Positions 1 through 9,100 of a stretch of 32,000 nucleotides of DNA are shown piece by piece. The notes under the pieces are model-generated. The model searched no databases, was not told where the DNA came from, and saw nothing but the letters and a program-made list of their open reading frames with translations. This DNA comes from Hyperthermus butylicus DSM 5456. GTDB lineage: Archaea > Thermoproteota > Thermoprotei_A > Sulfolobales > Pyrodictiaceae. Position numbers and translations under genes: made by a program. Location: the NCBI RefSeq assembly GCF_000015145.1, contig NC_008818.1, positions 690,001 through 722,000 on the forward strand, in the 5' to 3' direction. Every line of letters starts with the position of its first letter. Positions within the stretch are counted from its first letter, which is position 1.

Positions 1-209
1 TCGTAGCCTGTAAGGGTGAAGGCGGGGTCTGCTAGGGTGTCGGCGGCCACTATCAGTATGCGGGCTTCAGGGTAAGCCTTGGCTACTGCTGCCAGCCCGG
101 TGAAAGATTCTACCTCAACAGTTTTTCCGCCAGCTTTAAGTCGGTACCTTGTGTAGGTCCAACCCGCAGGATCCCCCCATGGGGCGACCGCTAGGATTTC
201 GCCTCTCAT
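1..209 (-). CDS. csx1: Csx1-like CARF-family CRISPR ancillary protein, first ~69 codons only (gene continues past the left edge)
   Basis: Not in the ORF track because no stop lies in the window. A reverse-strand ATG at 209 gives MRGEILAVAPWGDPAGWTYTRYRLKAGGKTVEVESFTGLAAVAKAYPEARILIVAADTLADPAFTLTGY. This fits the N-terminal pattern of Csx1/DxTHG-type CARF proteins (short strand, WG.P..W....Y, then (I/V)xxxDTL). It lies next to a type III-B module. Confidence 0.5.
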   Translation of the reverse strand, partial: MRGEILAVAPWGDPAGWTYTRYRLKAGGKTVEVESFTGLAAVAKAYPEARILIVAADTLADPAFTLTGY

Positions 210-250
210 AGCCCTGGGCCCCGCGCGGGGCTGCCAGCGCTATACCAGCC

Positions 251-700
251 TTAGCAGCTTGGCTTTGTGTGGTGTGGGTTTGCTGCATGGGCTTTGCGTT
301 TTGCATAGCTGCTCGTATACCTAGTCGGGTAGTAGCTGCTACTATTGCCGTGCCGTGGCTGAATGCTTCTATTGCTGCCGCTACTGCCACTAGTTTTCGT
401 CCTCCGCCCACCTCTAGTATTGTGACTGTGTCGAGCAGGTTTGCTAGCAGCTTCCTCAGAAGATTCAGGTGTTGGGGGGCCGTCTACGTCATTGAAGGGC
501 AGTATTCTCACCTCGACCCTCACCCTTGGGGATCTACTGGTTGCTGGGCAGGAGCAGCTCGTGAATATTGCTGCTGCCTCTCTTGCTGCTTGGCTGCTTG
601 CGGCTATGATGACGTGCTTGCCTATTGTGTAGCCTTGCCGTCCGAGTAGGCATGCTACTGTGTGGGGTGTGCCGGGCTTAGGCCTGAGAGTAAGACGAGC
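251..700 (-). pseudogene. CARF-like (Csa3/Csx1 N-domain-like) relic, frameshifted and without a usable start codon
   Basis: Two reverse-strand frames join at a G6/C6 homopolymer (474-479). Frame A (700->482) reads ..TVACLLGRQGYTIGKHVIIAASSQAAREAAAIF..RVRVEVRILPFNDVDG. Frame B (480->~250) reads PQHLNLLRKLLANLLDTVTILEVGGGRKLVAVAAAIEAFSHGTAIVAAT. The alternating strand/helix pattern ending in a GGxRK loop resembles the Rossmann-like CARF fold. Frame A has no ATG/GTG/TTG upstream of 523 and frame B has a stop at 484-486, so it is not translatable as written. This is a weak, pattern-only call. Confidence 0.25.
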
Positions 701-717
701 CTAACCCTCCCTCTCAA

Positions 718-812
718 GAAACACTCAAAAAGAGAATTGTAAGGCATAGTATCTTGCCGACTGCTCTGCCGTCTCCTCATCGACGCCGAATAACCCAAAA
801 GAGATATTGTGG
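718..812 (+). repeat. Orphan degenerate CRISPR repeats (2 copies with a spacer-sized 44-bp gap), in opposite orientation to the main array
   Basis: 718-743 (gaaacactcaaaaagagaattgtaag) and 788-812 (gaataacccaaaagagatattgtgg) align to the reverse complement of the array repeat (gaacaactcaaaagagaattgcaag). Identity is about 21/25 and about 18/25, each with a 1-nt indel. A much weaker third copy lies at 838-862. Confidence 0.55.
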
Positions 813-896
813 CTGAGCTGTGTCCGGTCTTTTTGCGGAACATATTCCATGAGAATGCTTAAATGGGGGTTATAGTCGAAGGCTGGTTATTGGCTG

Positions 897-1558
897 TTAA
901 CGGTTGTTGTGTGGGTCTGGTCTTTCTCCCTGTGCTGATGTTTGTGATGATGGTCTGGGCTTGGATGGGTAGAATCTGCTATGTTGATTGTGTTTTTTGA
1001 GTAGCTGGTGTTGCTTGGCTTTCCTTTTCATCCAGTCTATTAGGTCTGCTATCGACTCTCCCATACTTTCCTCGCTTAGCACTACTATGTCGGGGCTGTG
1101 GTAAACCAGACGCGGAGTATTATTGCAAATAGGTTTCTGTAGACCTCAGCATCTCTTACCGCCTCCGCTGCGAGGCGTGTAAGCTCTTCAAGCTTCTGCT
1201 TTGCCGAGGGTACCGGTAGCCCGGTTCGAATTCACCATTCTAGCTCCCTCGCGGCTTCTTCTGCTCCCTTCCTGCTCCCAGGTTCTCTTCACATTTTCCT
1301 CTACGACTTTTAACTCGCCACCTTGCAAATAATAAGGCCTACCAGGCTCTTGTAAGCTGCCCACGCCTTCTCAGTCGCATCCCGCACATCACCCTGGAGC
1401 AGCAGGCGGTGAGCCTCCTCGGTGAACAGCATAAGGTCCTCCTGATGCACCCTCTCAGCCAGCCTAGCGGCAGTCCGGAACCTAGGGAACAGTTCCTCCA
1501 GGGAAACAGCCACAGCGGCCACGTCGAAACCCCCTCCTGGGAAGTCTAACGGTATCAT
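897..1558 (-). pseudogene. PaREP1-like gene broken across three reading frames
   Basis: ORF 1310-1558 (..AARLAERVHQEDLMLFTEEAHRLLLQGDVRDATEKAWAAYKSLVGL..) matches the PaREP1 pattern 'A..ll..GD...AsEKaWgAa...vka'. The expected C-terminal half appears downstream in two other frames: QKLEELTRLAAEAVRDAEVYRNL (about 1110-1180) and RLVYHSPDIVVLSEESMGESIADLIDWMKRK (about 1000-1100, ORF 897-1082). These fit the 'lH.nfYe....e.v...v..li' tail. Confidence 0.4.
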
Positions 1559-1613
1559 AAAGTAAGTAGGCTTCTGGGGCTGTTAGTGTGCTGGGATACG
1601 TCCTCTTGTGATG

Positions 1614-1642
1614 GAGATAAATTGTTAAGTAAAGGTTAAAAC
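1614..1642. promoter_or_regulatory. AT-rich block in the divergent intergenic region upstream of cmr4; candidate TATA/BRE region
   Basis: gagataaattgttaagtaaaggttaaaac is the only AT-rich stretch between the PaREP1-like start (1558, minus) and the cmr4 ATG (1718). Position and composition only; no transcript data. Confidence 0.25.
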
Positions 1643-1717
1643 TTGCCGCCTCGGCAACCCACTCCTGGCACTCTGCCTAATACCCCCTTCCTCTCTACGA
1701 GCGAGGGCTGAATGTGA

Positions 1718-2740
1718 ATGGCGCAACAGGCTGGTAATGGTAGGCCTCTGGCTGGCTTCCTGGTTTTGGGCTATGCTGTGACACCCCTGCATCCCGGCGT
1801 GGGCAGGGCTCCCGGTGCTGTCGACCTTCCAGTCCAGCGTGACCCCATGGGCTACCCTATGGTTTACGCTTCAAGTGTTAAGGGCGCGTTGAAGGCTGAG
1901 TGTGCTAAGCAGGCTGGCGACAAATGCTTCGACGATAGGGGCAGGATAAAATGTAATGATAAGGATGAGGACTGCGCACTGTGCTGCTGCCTCTTCGGCC
2001 ACGAGCCTGAGGCGGCGGAGGCCGCATCCTCCGTCCTGAGCGTGCTTGACCTAGTGCCGCTCTTCTTCCCGGTGCCCAGCCTGAGCCACGGCTACCTCTA
2101 TATTACGACACCTTACCTGGCGAGACGCGCATACTCAGTTATGGAGGCTATAGGCACTAGTGGAGAGTACAACAAGCTCATGAAACTGCTTGAGAACATT
2201 GCTAAGCAGGAGCTGGGGGAGGGCGAGGCTGCAGGCTGTGTAGATGATAGGAAAGTCTATGTTGGCACTGACGAACTGAACGTAAAGAAAAAGCTAGGCA
2301 ACTGCGAAGACCTATCTTTTGTAGCCAAGCTTGGAGGCCTGGCGGGCGACATACAGTCCAGGATGATCGTCGTCTCTGACGCTGTAGGCCCACTCTACGT
2401 TGAGAAGGGCCTCATTAGGGTTACGAGGGTGCGGCTGAGACTCGACACCAAAACCGTTGCCGAGGGCGGGCTGTGGACTGAAGAGTACATACCGCAGGGC
2501 ACAATATTCCTCAGCGGCTTCATAGCAGCACTACCAAAGAAGAACACCTACTGCAAACATGTTAACGGTATTGAAAGCGGTGTGATTAAGGATAGTGGAG
2601 ATCTTAAGAATCTCATTACGAAGCTTGCCGAAAAGCTGAAGAAAACAAACAACGTTTTCTACGCGATAATAGGGGGCAAGGAGACCGTAGGACGGGGCCT
2701 CATAAAGTTCACCATAGCTCTACCTCAGGGCCAACAGTAA
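1718..2740 (+). CDS. cmr4: Cmr4 (type III-B backbone RAMP, crRNA-guided target RNA cleavage subunit)
   Basis: The N-terminus TPLHPGVGRAPGAVDLPVQRDPMGYPMVYASSVKGALK matches the Cmr4 signature (tPlHvGsG....vDlPiqRe..tg.P.i.gSSlKGalR). This includes the catalytic-position Asp (D36). A Cys-rich insert ends in CCCLFG, and a C-terminal G-rich loop reads GGKETVGRGLIKF. Confidence 0.9.
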   Translation: MAQQAGNGRPLAGFLVLGYAVTPLHPGVGRAPGAVDLPVQRDPMGYPMVYASSVKGALKAECAKQAGDKCFDDRGRIKCNDKDEDCALCCCLFGHEPEAAEAASSVLSVLDLVPLFFPVPSLSHGYLYITTPYLARRAYSVMEAIGTSGEYNKLMKLLENIAKQELGEGEAAGCVDDRKVYVGTDELNVKKKLGNCEDLSFVAKLGGLAGDIQSRMIVVSDAVGPLYVEKGLIRVTRVRLRLDTKTVAEGGLWTEEYIPQGTIFLSGFIAALPKKNTYCKHVNGIESGVIKDSGDLKNLITKLAEKLKKTNNVFYAIIGGKETVGRGLIKFTIALPQGQQ

Positions 2741-2755
2741 GGCCGCTAAGGCGGG

Positions 2756-3289
2756 GTGACGGTGTTGAGCCGTAACATACTGCCCAACGACCCGGTTGAA
2801 GCCGCGCTTGAAGCCATGAGAAGGTTTGACAAGAACCTCCGAGACGCATGCAGCGACAAGGGCGAGCCTAGGGCCGATGCTATCAGCAGGAGGCTCAAGG
2901 ACTTCCCCCAGCTGATACTTCAGTCTGGCCTTGTGCCTGCGCTAACCTTCTACCTCTCCAAGCTCAGCGAGAAGGCTGATCAGGATGCCTACGAGCTAAC
3001 TGTCAAGGTACTGACTGAACAGAGGTTAGAGGGGGATGAGAGGAGGAAGTTGTGCAGGAAGACTTCGGGGGAGGGTGGAGGCTACCCTCACGTGCTCGCA
3101 CTAGTACTGGTCTACGCTGCCGAAAGAGCCGGCTGCAGCGTTGACAGCATAGCCAGGATTGGCTCCAGCCTTGTCGGCTGCCTGGAGACAGTGCAAAAGA
3201 AGGGTGTCACTGTGGAGAAGCTTGTGCAGGCCTACGTTAACGAGCTGAAGAAGCTAGCGTCGGCACTATACCCGGAGAAGAAAACATGA
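2756..3289 (+). CDS. cmr5: Cmr5 (type III-B small subunit)
   Basis: 177-aa helical protein with a GTG start, placed between cmr4 and cmr1. LKDFPQLILQSGLVPALTFYLSK matches the Cmr5 core motif (lP.lI..nGL...laf). Confidence 0.8.
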   Translation: MTVLSRNILPNDPVEAALEAMRRFDKNLRDACSDKGEPRADAISRRLKDFPQLILQSGLVPALTFYLSKLSEKADQDAYELTVKVLTEQRLEGDERRKLCRKTSGEGGGYPHVLALVLVYAAERAGCSVDSIARIGSSLVGCLETVQKKGVTVEKLVQAYVNELKKLASALYPEKKT

Positions 3290-5013
3290 GGTGCTCTGCA
3301 ATGCCCAGCTTCATAAGACCAAAGCCCCTCGCTACACTCAGCTTTGTGAGCTTTACACCTTTATGGCCTGGAGGCCCCCTCGGAGGCCGCACCTACCGGT
3401 GTATTACCAGGAGATACTGTATCGGCCCCTTCCTCCCCGACTCCAAGCAGGTTATCGGGAGGGTCAGATGGCTCCTTAGAACCGTTGAGGCTACCCTCCA
3501 GGTGTTGACTGGGAAGCCAGTTAACTCCTACGCAGATGTCGAGTCGTTGAATGCTAGGATATTCGGGACCACAAGCACAGCCTCGAAGCTACGCATAGTC
3601 CTATCATACTCGCCCAACAGCGTGAGAAGCTACTTTGATGCCAGCACCGTGCAGGCCTTGGAAGAGGCTGCCAGGAGAGCGAGTCTAAATGCCAAGAGTA
3701 TAGTGCAGCTCATAGAGGTTGACGGTTTTACAAGGCTGAGACACAAGCTGAATCTGCCACCTTTTGAGAGGAGAATATGGTCAGACTACGAGCGTTATCT
3801 AAAGGTGACAAGGAATGGGTCATTAGTACCCGATGAGTTGGCTCTACTCCTTACAATTCCGCGTATACGGCTTACACTACAGGGTATAAAAAAGTTCATT
3901 GACATATACGAGATGCAGCCTTTACGAGAAGGAATCGAACTAACTGTAACCATCTATGCCCGTAAAGGAGCTAATGTCGATTCTCTCGAGGCTAGCTTTG
4001 CAGTACTCGTTATAGTGTTCACTCTAGCCTTCATAGGCTTGGGTAAGGCAACATCAAGAGGTTTTGGAAGGTTTGCCCTTAAGAAGTACGAGATTAATGT
4101 CAATAATAAAGACCTTGTTGATGATGTGCTTGAAAGCTTTACAAAAGTAGTGAACTCTGTTGAGGATATGAAGAGTGTCTACATGGAGGCTGGCAAGACC
4201 CTTCTAATGCTCGCTCGGGAGTTGAAAGGGGTACCTGTGCCCTCATCGAAGATCGATGACGTGGCTGGAGAGGATGGATGGCATAAGGCGGTTCAGCTGG
4301 TTAGGAGGAGTAGAGTGCCCCTCTTCGCTACGAGTATAGCCTACGTAGCGCTTAAGGGAGCTATAGGGAGGATAAAGCATCCCTGCCCCTACGCAACAGC
4401 AGAGCTAGGCGGCCGGATTGAAAGCCGTCCCCATGGCTGCATAGATAATACTGTAGAGGTAGGTGATATTATAACTGCTCTAAGTGCTGTAGGGAAAGCC
4501 ACACTTAAATCGACATGGAAGTTGTATCATGGCCCACAGCAGCTCAGGAGGGAAGGGGTTGCATATCATACTTGGCCTCTAGGTCTACCGCGAGGAGCCC
4601 AAAACACAGGGTATTATATTGCTGAGCACGCTTATACAGGTGAAAGGTGCGGCCCCAATCTAGGCAGGATTGCCAAGTTGAATAAATCCTCGAGGAGGCT
4701 TTCAACAGTATTCTTCACAGTAGCCTGCAGCGGCGGGGAATGCTTCGGACTTGTGCAGCCCTTCCTCTCCTACGAAGACTTTGCCGACGCTATGACCAGG
4801 CTTGTGCATGTAGGCAAGCATGACAAAACACTATATCACGTGGTCAGCGTTGCCCAGGCCTTGCAGCAGAGCAGGCTGGGCCATGGGGGATGCCCGCCGG
4901 ACCCTGCGGGGCTTGCAGCCCCAAGGGACACCCCAGGCGCACGTACTGCCTCCGATGTTGTTCTCGAGCCTCTTCTCACGGCTCTCGACTGGATTGTCAC
5001 GCTGTTAGGGTGA
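3286..5013 (+). CDS. cmr1: Cmr1-like double-RAMP subunit (long, 575 aa)
   Basis: The ATG overlaps the cmr5 stop (ATGA, 3286-3289). The N-terminal RAMP reads SFTPLWPGGP...VIGRVRWLLRT...ARIFGTTSTASKLRIV (cf. tP.f.GG ... iRG.lRfWwRa ... FG). A G-rich loop reads GLGKATSRGFGRF. The C-terminal half carries a second RAMP-like strand, RRLSTVFFTV. Confidence 0.75.
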   Translation: MRCSAMPSFIRPKPLATLSFVSFTPLWPGGPLGGRTYRCITRRYCIGPFLPDSKQVIGRVRWLLRTVEATLQVLTGKPVNSYADVESLNARIFGTTSTASKLRIVLSYSPNSVRSYFDASTVQALEEAARRASLNAKSIVQLIEVDGFTRLRHKLNLPPFERRIWSDYERYLKVTRNGSLVPDELALLLTIPRIRLTLQGIKKFIDIYEMQPLREGIELTVTIYARKGANVDSLEASFAVLVIVFTLAFIGLGKATSRGFGRFALKKYEINVNNKDLVDDVLESFTKVVNSVEDMKSVYMEAGKTLLMLARELKGVPVPSSKIDDVAGEDGWHKAVQLVRRSRVPLFATSIAYVALKGAIGRIKHPCPYATAELGGRIESRPHGCIDNTVEVGDIITALSAVGKATLKSTWKLYHGPQQLRREGVAYHTWPLGLPRGAQNTGYYIAEHAYTGERCGPNLGRIAKLNKSSRRLSTVFFTVACSGGECFGLVQPFLSYEDFADAMTRLVHVGKHDKTLYHVVSVAQALQQSRLGHGGCPPDPAGLAAPRDTPGARTASDVVLEPLLTALDWIVTLLG

Positions 5014-5018
5014 GGGGG

Positions 5019-6062
5019 ATGGTTGAGACGGCGCCCTGTAGGAATATGATGCTGTGTATCGCTTGGAAGTTCAGCAAGCTTGTACTGGACACATTGAGTA
5101 GGGGTAGGGGTGCTGAGGAGTTTAAGGGGTTGAAATCTAAGATTCTAGAAATGACTTTGAACCCGCATGAGATCGATGTTAGTAGTGTCTGTCGCTCCAT
5201 CGCTAGTATAGGTAAAGTCTACTATGAGCCTCTGGTTGAGGGGTTGGAGAGGCTTGGTTACTGTGTGGTAGACGTTACTGCTAAGACGAAGTCTAAGCTT
5301 ATTGTGGGTGCTAGCAGTGGTCTTCTAGGCACAGTGCTGGAGGTTGGGCTCTCCTGGGACTACCTGCTAGACCTTCCATACATTCCTGCGTCGAGCATTA
5401 AGGGGCTGATTAGGAGCTGGCTAGTCCACACAGTCCTCAGCAACTACAAGCTTAGCGAGCAGGATAAGAGGCGTTGTATCGAGAGGATACTAGCCTTAAC
5501 GGGTATAGGCCGCGAGCCGTTCACCCGCGATGAGAAGAGCTGGGCTGTAGAGAAGCTGGGCTCAGAGGTTGACCCCAGGAATACTGTGCCAAGCGCGGGC
5601 ATGGTCTTCGTTGCTGACGCATACCCTGTTGGGCGTGGGCGGGGCAAAACTGGCTGTGGCCTCCTCGACTTTGATGTAGTAACACCCCACTACTATAGGG
5701 GCGGCGAGCCTGTAAGAGACGAGTTTGAAGCCCAGCCGAACCCGGTACCGTATCTCGTTGTGGCTGAGGGTGTTCCATTCCGGATAGTGGCCGCAGTAGG
5801 CCTCGTCGAAGCCGATATGCTGAGAGATATTACCAGCTGCATAGGCTTAAATGGTAGTGTTGATCCTTGTGGGCTGCTCAGCTTCATACTCCTCTCATCG
5901 CTCGCCGAGGGTGTAGGCGCTCGAACCGGAAAGGGCTACGGCATCTTCGACCTTGAAAGCGTTGAGGTGCACAGGGTGCAGAGGCCCACCGTTCAGAGGC
6001 GCAAACCGGGCAGGCTTGTATGGAAGAAGCGTGAAACACCCCATAAGCGTTCAACCACGTGA
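5019..6062 (+). CDS. cmr6: Cmr6 (type III-B RAMP subunit)
   Basis: DLPYIPASSIKGLIRSW and the C-terminal GARTGKGYGIF are the Cmr6 hallmarks. I chose the ATG at 5019, preceded by gaggggg and lying 6 nt after the cmr1 stop. The 4890 start in the track would overlap cmr1 by 124 nt. Confidence 0.85.
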   Translation: MVETAPCRNMMLCIAWKFSKLVLDTLSRGRGAEEFKGLKSKILEMTLNPHEIDVSSVCRSIASIGKVYYEPLVEGLERLGYCVVDVTAKTKSKLIVGASSGLLGTVLEVGLSWDYLLDLPYIPASSIKGLIRSWLVHTVLSNYKLSEQDKRRCIERILALTGIGREPFTRDEKSWAVEKLGSEVDPRNTVPSAGMVFVADAYPVGRGRGKTGCGLLDFDVVTPHYYRGGEPVRDEFEAQPNPVPYLVVAEGVPFRIVAAVGLVEADMLRDITSCIGLNGSVDPCGLLSFILLSSLAEGVGARTGKGYGIFDLESVEVHRVQRPTVQRRKPGRLVWKKRETPHKRSTT

Positions 6063-6104
6063 CACTTCTTTAGAGCGTGAGCTTACCCGGGGGGTGGCGG
6101 GCCG

Positions 6105-9100
6105 ATGTCTAGGCTTCACATGGTGAAGCTTGCAGCTCTACTCCACGACCCGGCCTGGAAGCCCTGGATTGTAGCTTCAGCCTTTCCCGGCAAAACAGGT
6201 ACTGTAGGGAGAGTTCTGGCCAAGGTTGCGGGTAAGTCGGCTCCTGCAGGTGAGCTGGTGAAGGTAGAGGAGTGCGAAGAGCTTATGAAGAAGATGAAAA
6301 CATATACTATTGAAGCTGATGCTCATCAGCTTGATGCTGCTGCGGCGGCAGTAGCTATACTGGATGGCTTGCGCGACGCCCCGATAATTGAGAAGCTTAT
6401 CCTGGACGAGAAAGGAGTTGTTGCTGAGGCTGACAAGCTTGCGGCTAGCCTTGACCGCTGGGTGCTAACCTATAAGCATAGGGAGGCTAGAGACGTTAAG
6501 GTTGACGTTGGCGATGTGGCTTATGCTAACCCTCTAGACCCGCGGTTTAAGATGCCAGAATCGATGAGGAGTATAGATGCGGGAGTTGTGTGCAGGTATG
6601 TTATGAAGCTTAAGCAGCTCTACGGTGATGCGAGAGAGCTTCCTTACCCGCTGCTCTACAACCTGTTCTACCTGCTCCTAGAGCCCTTATGGTATGAGGT
6701 GTGTAGAGCTTGTATACCGTTGGCTGATACTAGGACTCCCACGCACACAGTGTTCGACCATGTCTATGCTACCGCGGCTATGGTCAACTGGCTCTACCCA
6801 GGTGGTGGTAAGCCCGGTGGCTTTCTTGTAAAGGTTGATGTGGCTGGTATTCAGGGCTTCATATCCGCCTCGAGGAAGACTCGCGACCTCTGGGCTGGCT
6901 CGTGGCTTGTATCGGCGCTCGCCTGGTTCACTGTTTCGGAGGCTGTTATGCTTCTGGGCGGCGACATAGTGTTGTCGCCCTACAACCCTGCGAACCCCTT
7001 CTTCATGGCAACGGTGCTCGAGGAACTCAGACTGGCAGGGAGCGAGTACAGCGGGCTTGTACGGTTTGTGGAGGATAAAGTGGAGAGGGCTTACCTCTGG
7101 AAGGGGGCTGCCAACCAGCCCGTAATACCTGGCACCATCTTCCTAGCCCTACCCTGCATCGACGAGGACGACTACGAGAGACTGCGCTTGGAGGCAGAGA
7201 AGCTGAAGACCGTCAGCGATGACGTCTTTAAGCTTCTTGAGGCGCTGAGGAGCTGCGACGGGGAAAAGCTGCGCAAATACTTCATTGGGAGGTTCTGGGA
7301 GGGGTGGAGAAAGGTATGGTGTGCAGCGATAGAGTCGGCAAGGGTGGGGAGAGGATGTAATATTGAGAAGTTCGCCGAGACCATAGTCGATCTAGGAGTT
7401 ACGGATCTGAGCCCGGAGGCTGTTAGAGAGTACCTGGAGGCTTCGAGAAATAATCCCCCGATGCAGCTGCGTATAGTTGTTATCAACATAGAGGATGAAT
7501 ATGATAGGCTCCTAGGCTGGCTTAGAGAGAAGAAAGGGAAGCTTAGCAGCCTACGAGTGGAGGAGGCTGCACAGAAGCTTCTCTTCACATGGCTGTTCAC
7601 GAGGGCCCTACCGGAGGCTGAGGAGCGGGAGTACGCTAAGAGCGTGAGCATAGATGCGGGATTCGCGATAGCTGAAAGCCTGGAGGAGGCCACTTCTAAG
7701 CCTTTGAAGCCTGAGTTCCACGAGTGTAGCATGTGCGGTAGGCTCCCAGCCATAGTACATCTAGCGGATGCAGCGAAGGTCAGAGAGTTCGCGGAAAGGC
7801 TTGGGGTTCCCGTGGTATTGTTCTCTGAGGGTGAGAGTCTCTGCCCCTACTGTCTGGTGAGGAGGCTCGTCTCGACAAGTGATGCCATTAGGAGGATTAT
7901 GAACGGACTTAATCTCTACTACTCACTGAACCCCCGGCAGCTCTACACGAGGCCCCCGTCGACAGATGAGCTTGCTGCTATGGATAAGCTTTTAGCGATA
8001 GTCGACGCTCTAAGCAAGGATGAGCAGCTGGCCGCCGAGCTTCGAAGCTTCTTCTGCAAAGACGATAATGGCAGAAATGCCTGTGAGTATAGGGGTAAGT
8101 ATGTGTCTGAGATCGTGGAGCGCTACGCGTACACGAAGGCAGGCCAGAAGGCCAAGGAGATACTAGGGCTCCTAGAGGCTATCTACGATAAGCTCCTGGG
8201 CGAGTTTGGTGAGGAGTTCCCACACATGCTCATAGCAGGCATACTGGCCAGCGAACAGCGCTGCGCAAGCCATCTCGCTAAGAGTGTGGCAAAAATCCGG
8301 GAGAAGAGGGAGGAAAGGGTTGGCAGTGAGGTGCAGGAGAAGGCTAGGGAGGTATGCAGCCTTCTAGCGAAGCTCTATAGTAGAGCTGATGGTGTTGCAG
8401 GGCGCTACTATGCTATTGTGAGGGGTGATGGCGACTACTTTGGCAGCAGGATTATCAAGGGCGTCTTAGACTTTAAGAGCTCCAGAGACTATGTTGAGGA
8501 GATGCTGAAAGCCATTAGGGATGAAGGGGCGCGAAGCCGCCTGGCCCCCGTATACTCTGAGATCGCCACATTACTCGTAGACCTCATGGAGGAAATGAAG
8601 CCGGAAACCCCCAGCTCAGGCTGCAAGAAGGGCTGCAAGGCTCTGCCAAAGCCTGCCACGCTGGTTACACCAACATACTATATGGCCCTGTCTAGGGGGC
8701 AGATGATTACCGCCCTTTACGACGCCGAGATAGTGGCAATGCTTGGCGGCTTCCCAGTGTATGCTGGCGGCGACGATGTCGCGGCTCTCGCGCCGGGCTA
8801 CATAAGCAAAGGTAGACTAGAGAATCTCATAAAGGGCTATGCTACCAGGGCCACGCATATCAAGGACAGTATAAGGGCGGACACGGGCTTTGTGCCAGCA
8901 CTCATAGCGCTCTACACCAGGAAGAACTACTGGGGACTACTGTGGGCTGGCAGGGGCTTCCACCGCACACCTATAGGGGCAGTGTACCCCGCCCCGGTTG
9001 CCTACGGTAGGAGCTATGGCATCTACATTGTCCACTACCGCGACCCATTCATGGCGGCTTGGAGGAGCGCTGGCGACCTTGAAGAGTACAAGGATGTAAT

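Noticed and set aside
269-649. 126-aa plus-strand ORF (and 441-632) in the csx1-upstream region
   Set aside because: It is Cys/Ala-rich low complexity driven by gctgc repeats and has no start context. The minus-strand CARF-like reading is at least structurally coherent.
4890-5018. Upstream extension of the cmr6 ORF (and likewise 9650-9712 for cmr3)
   Set aside because: The extensions overlap the preceding genes by 124 and 67 nt and encode P/R/C-rich junk. Internal starts at 5019 and 9713 give canonical spacing or overlap.
7172-7753. 193-aa antisense ORF inside cas10
   Set aside because: It is an S/L/R-rich shadow frame opposite a strongly supported gene. The same applies to 8937-9119, 9365-9643, 5444-5887 and 2202-2393.
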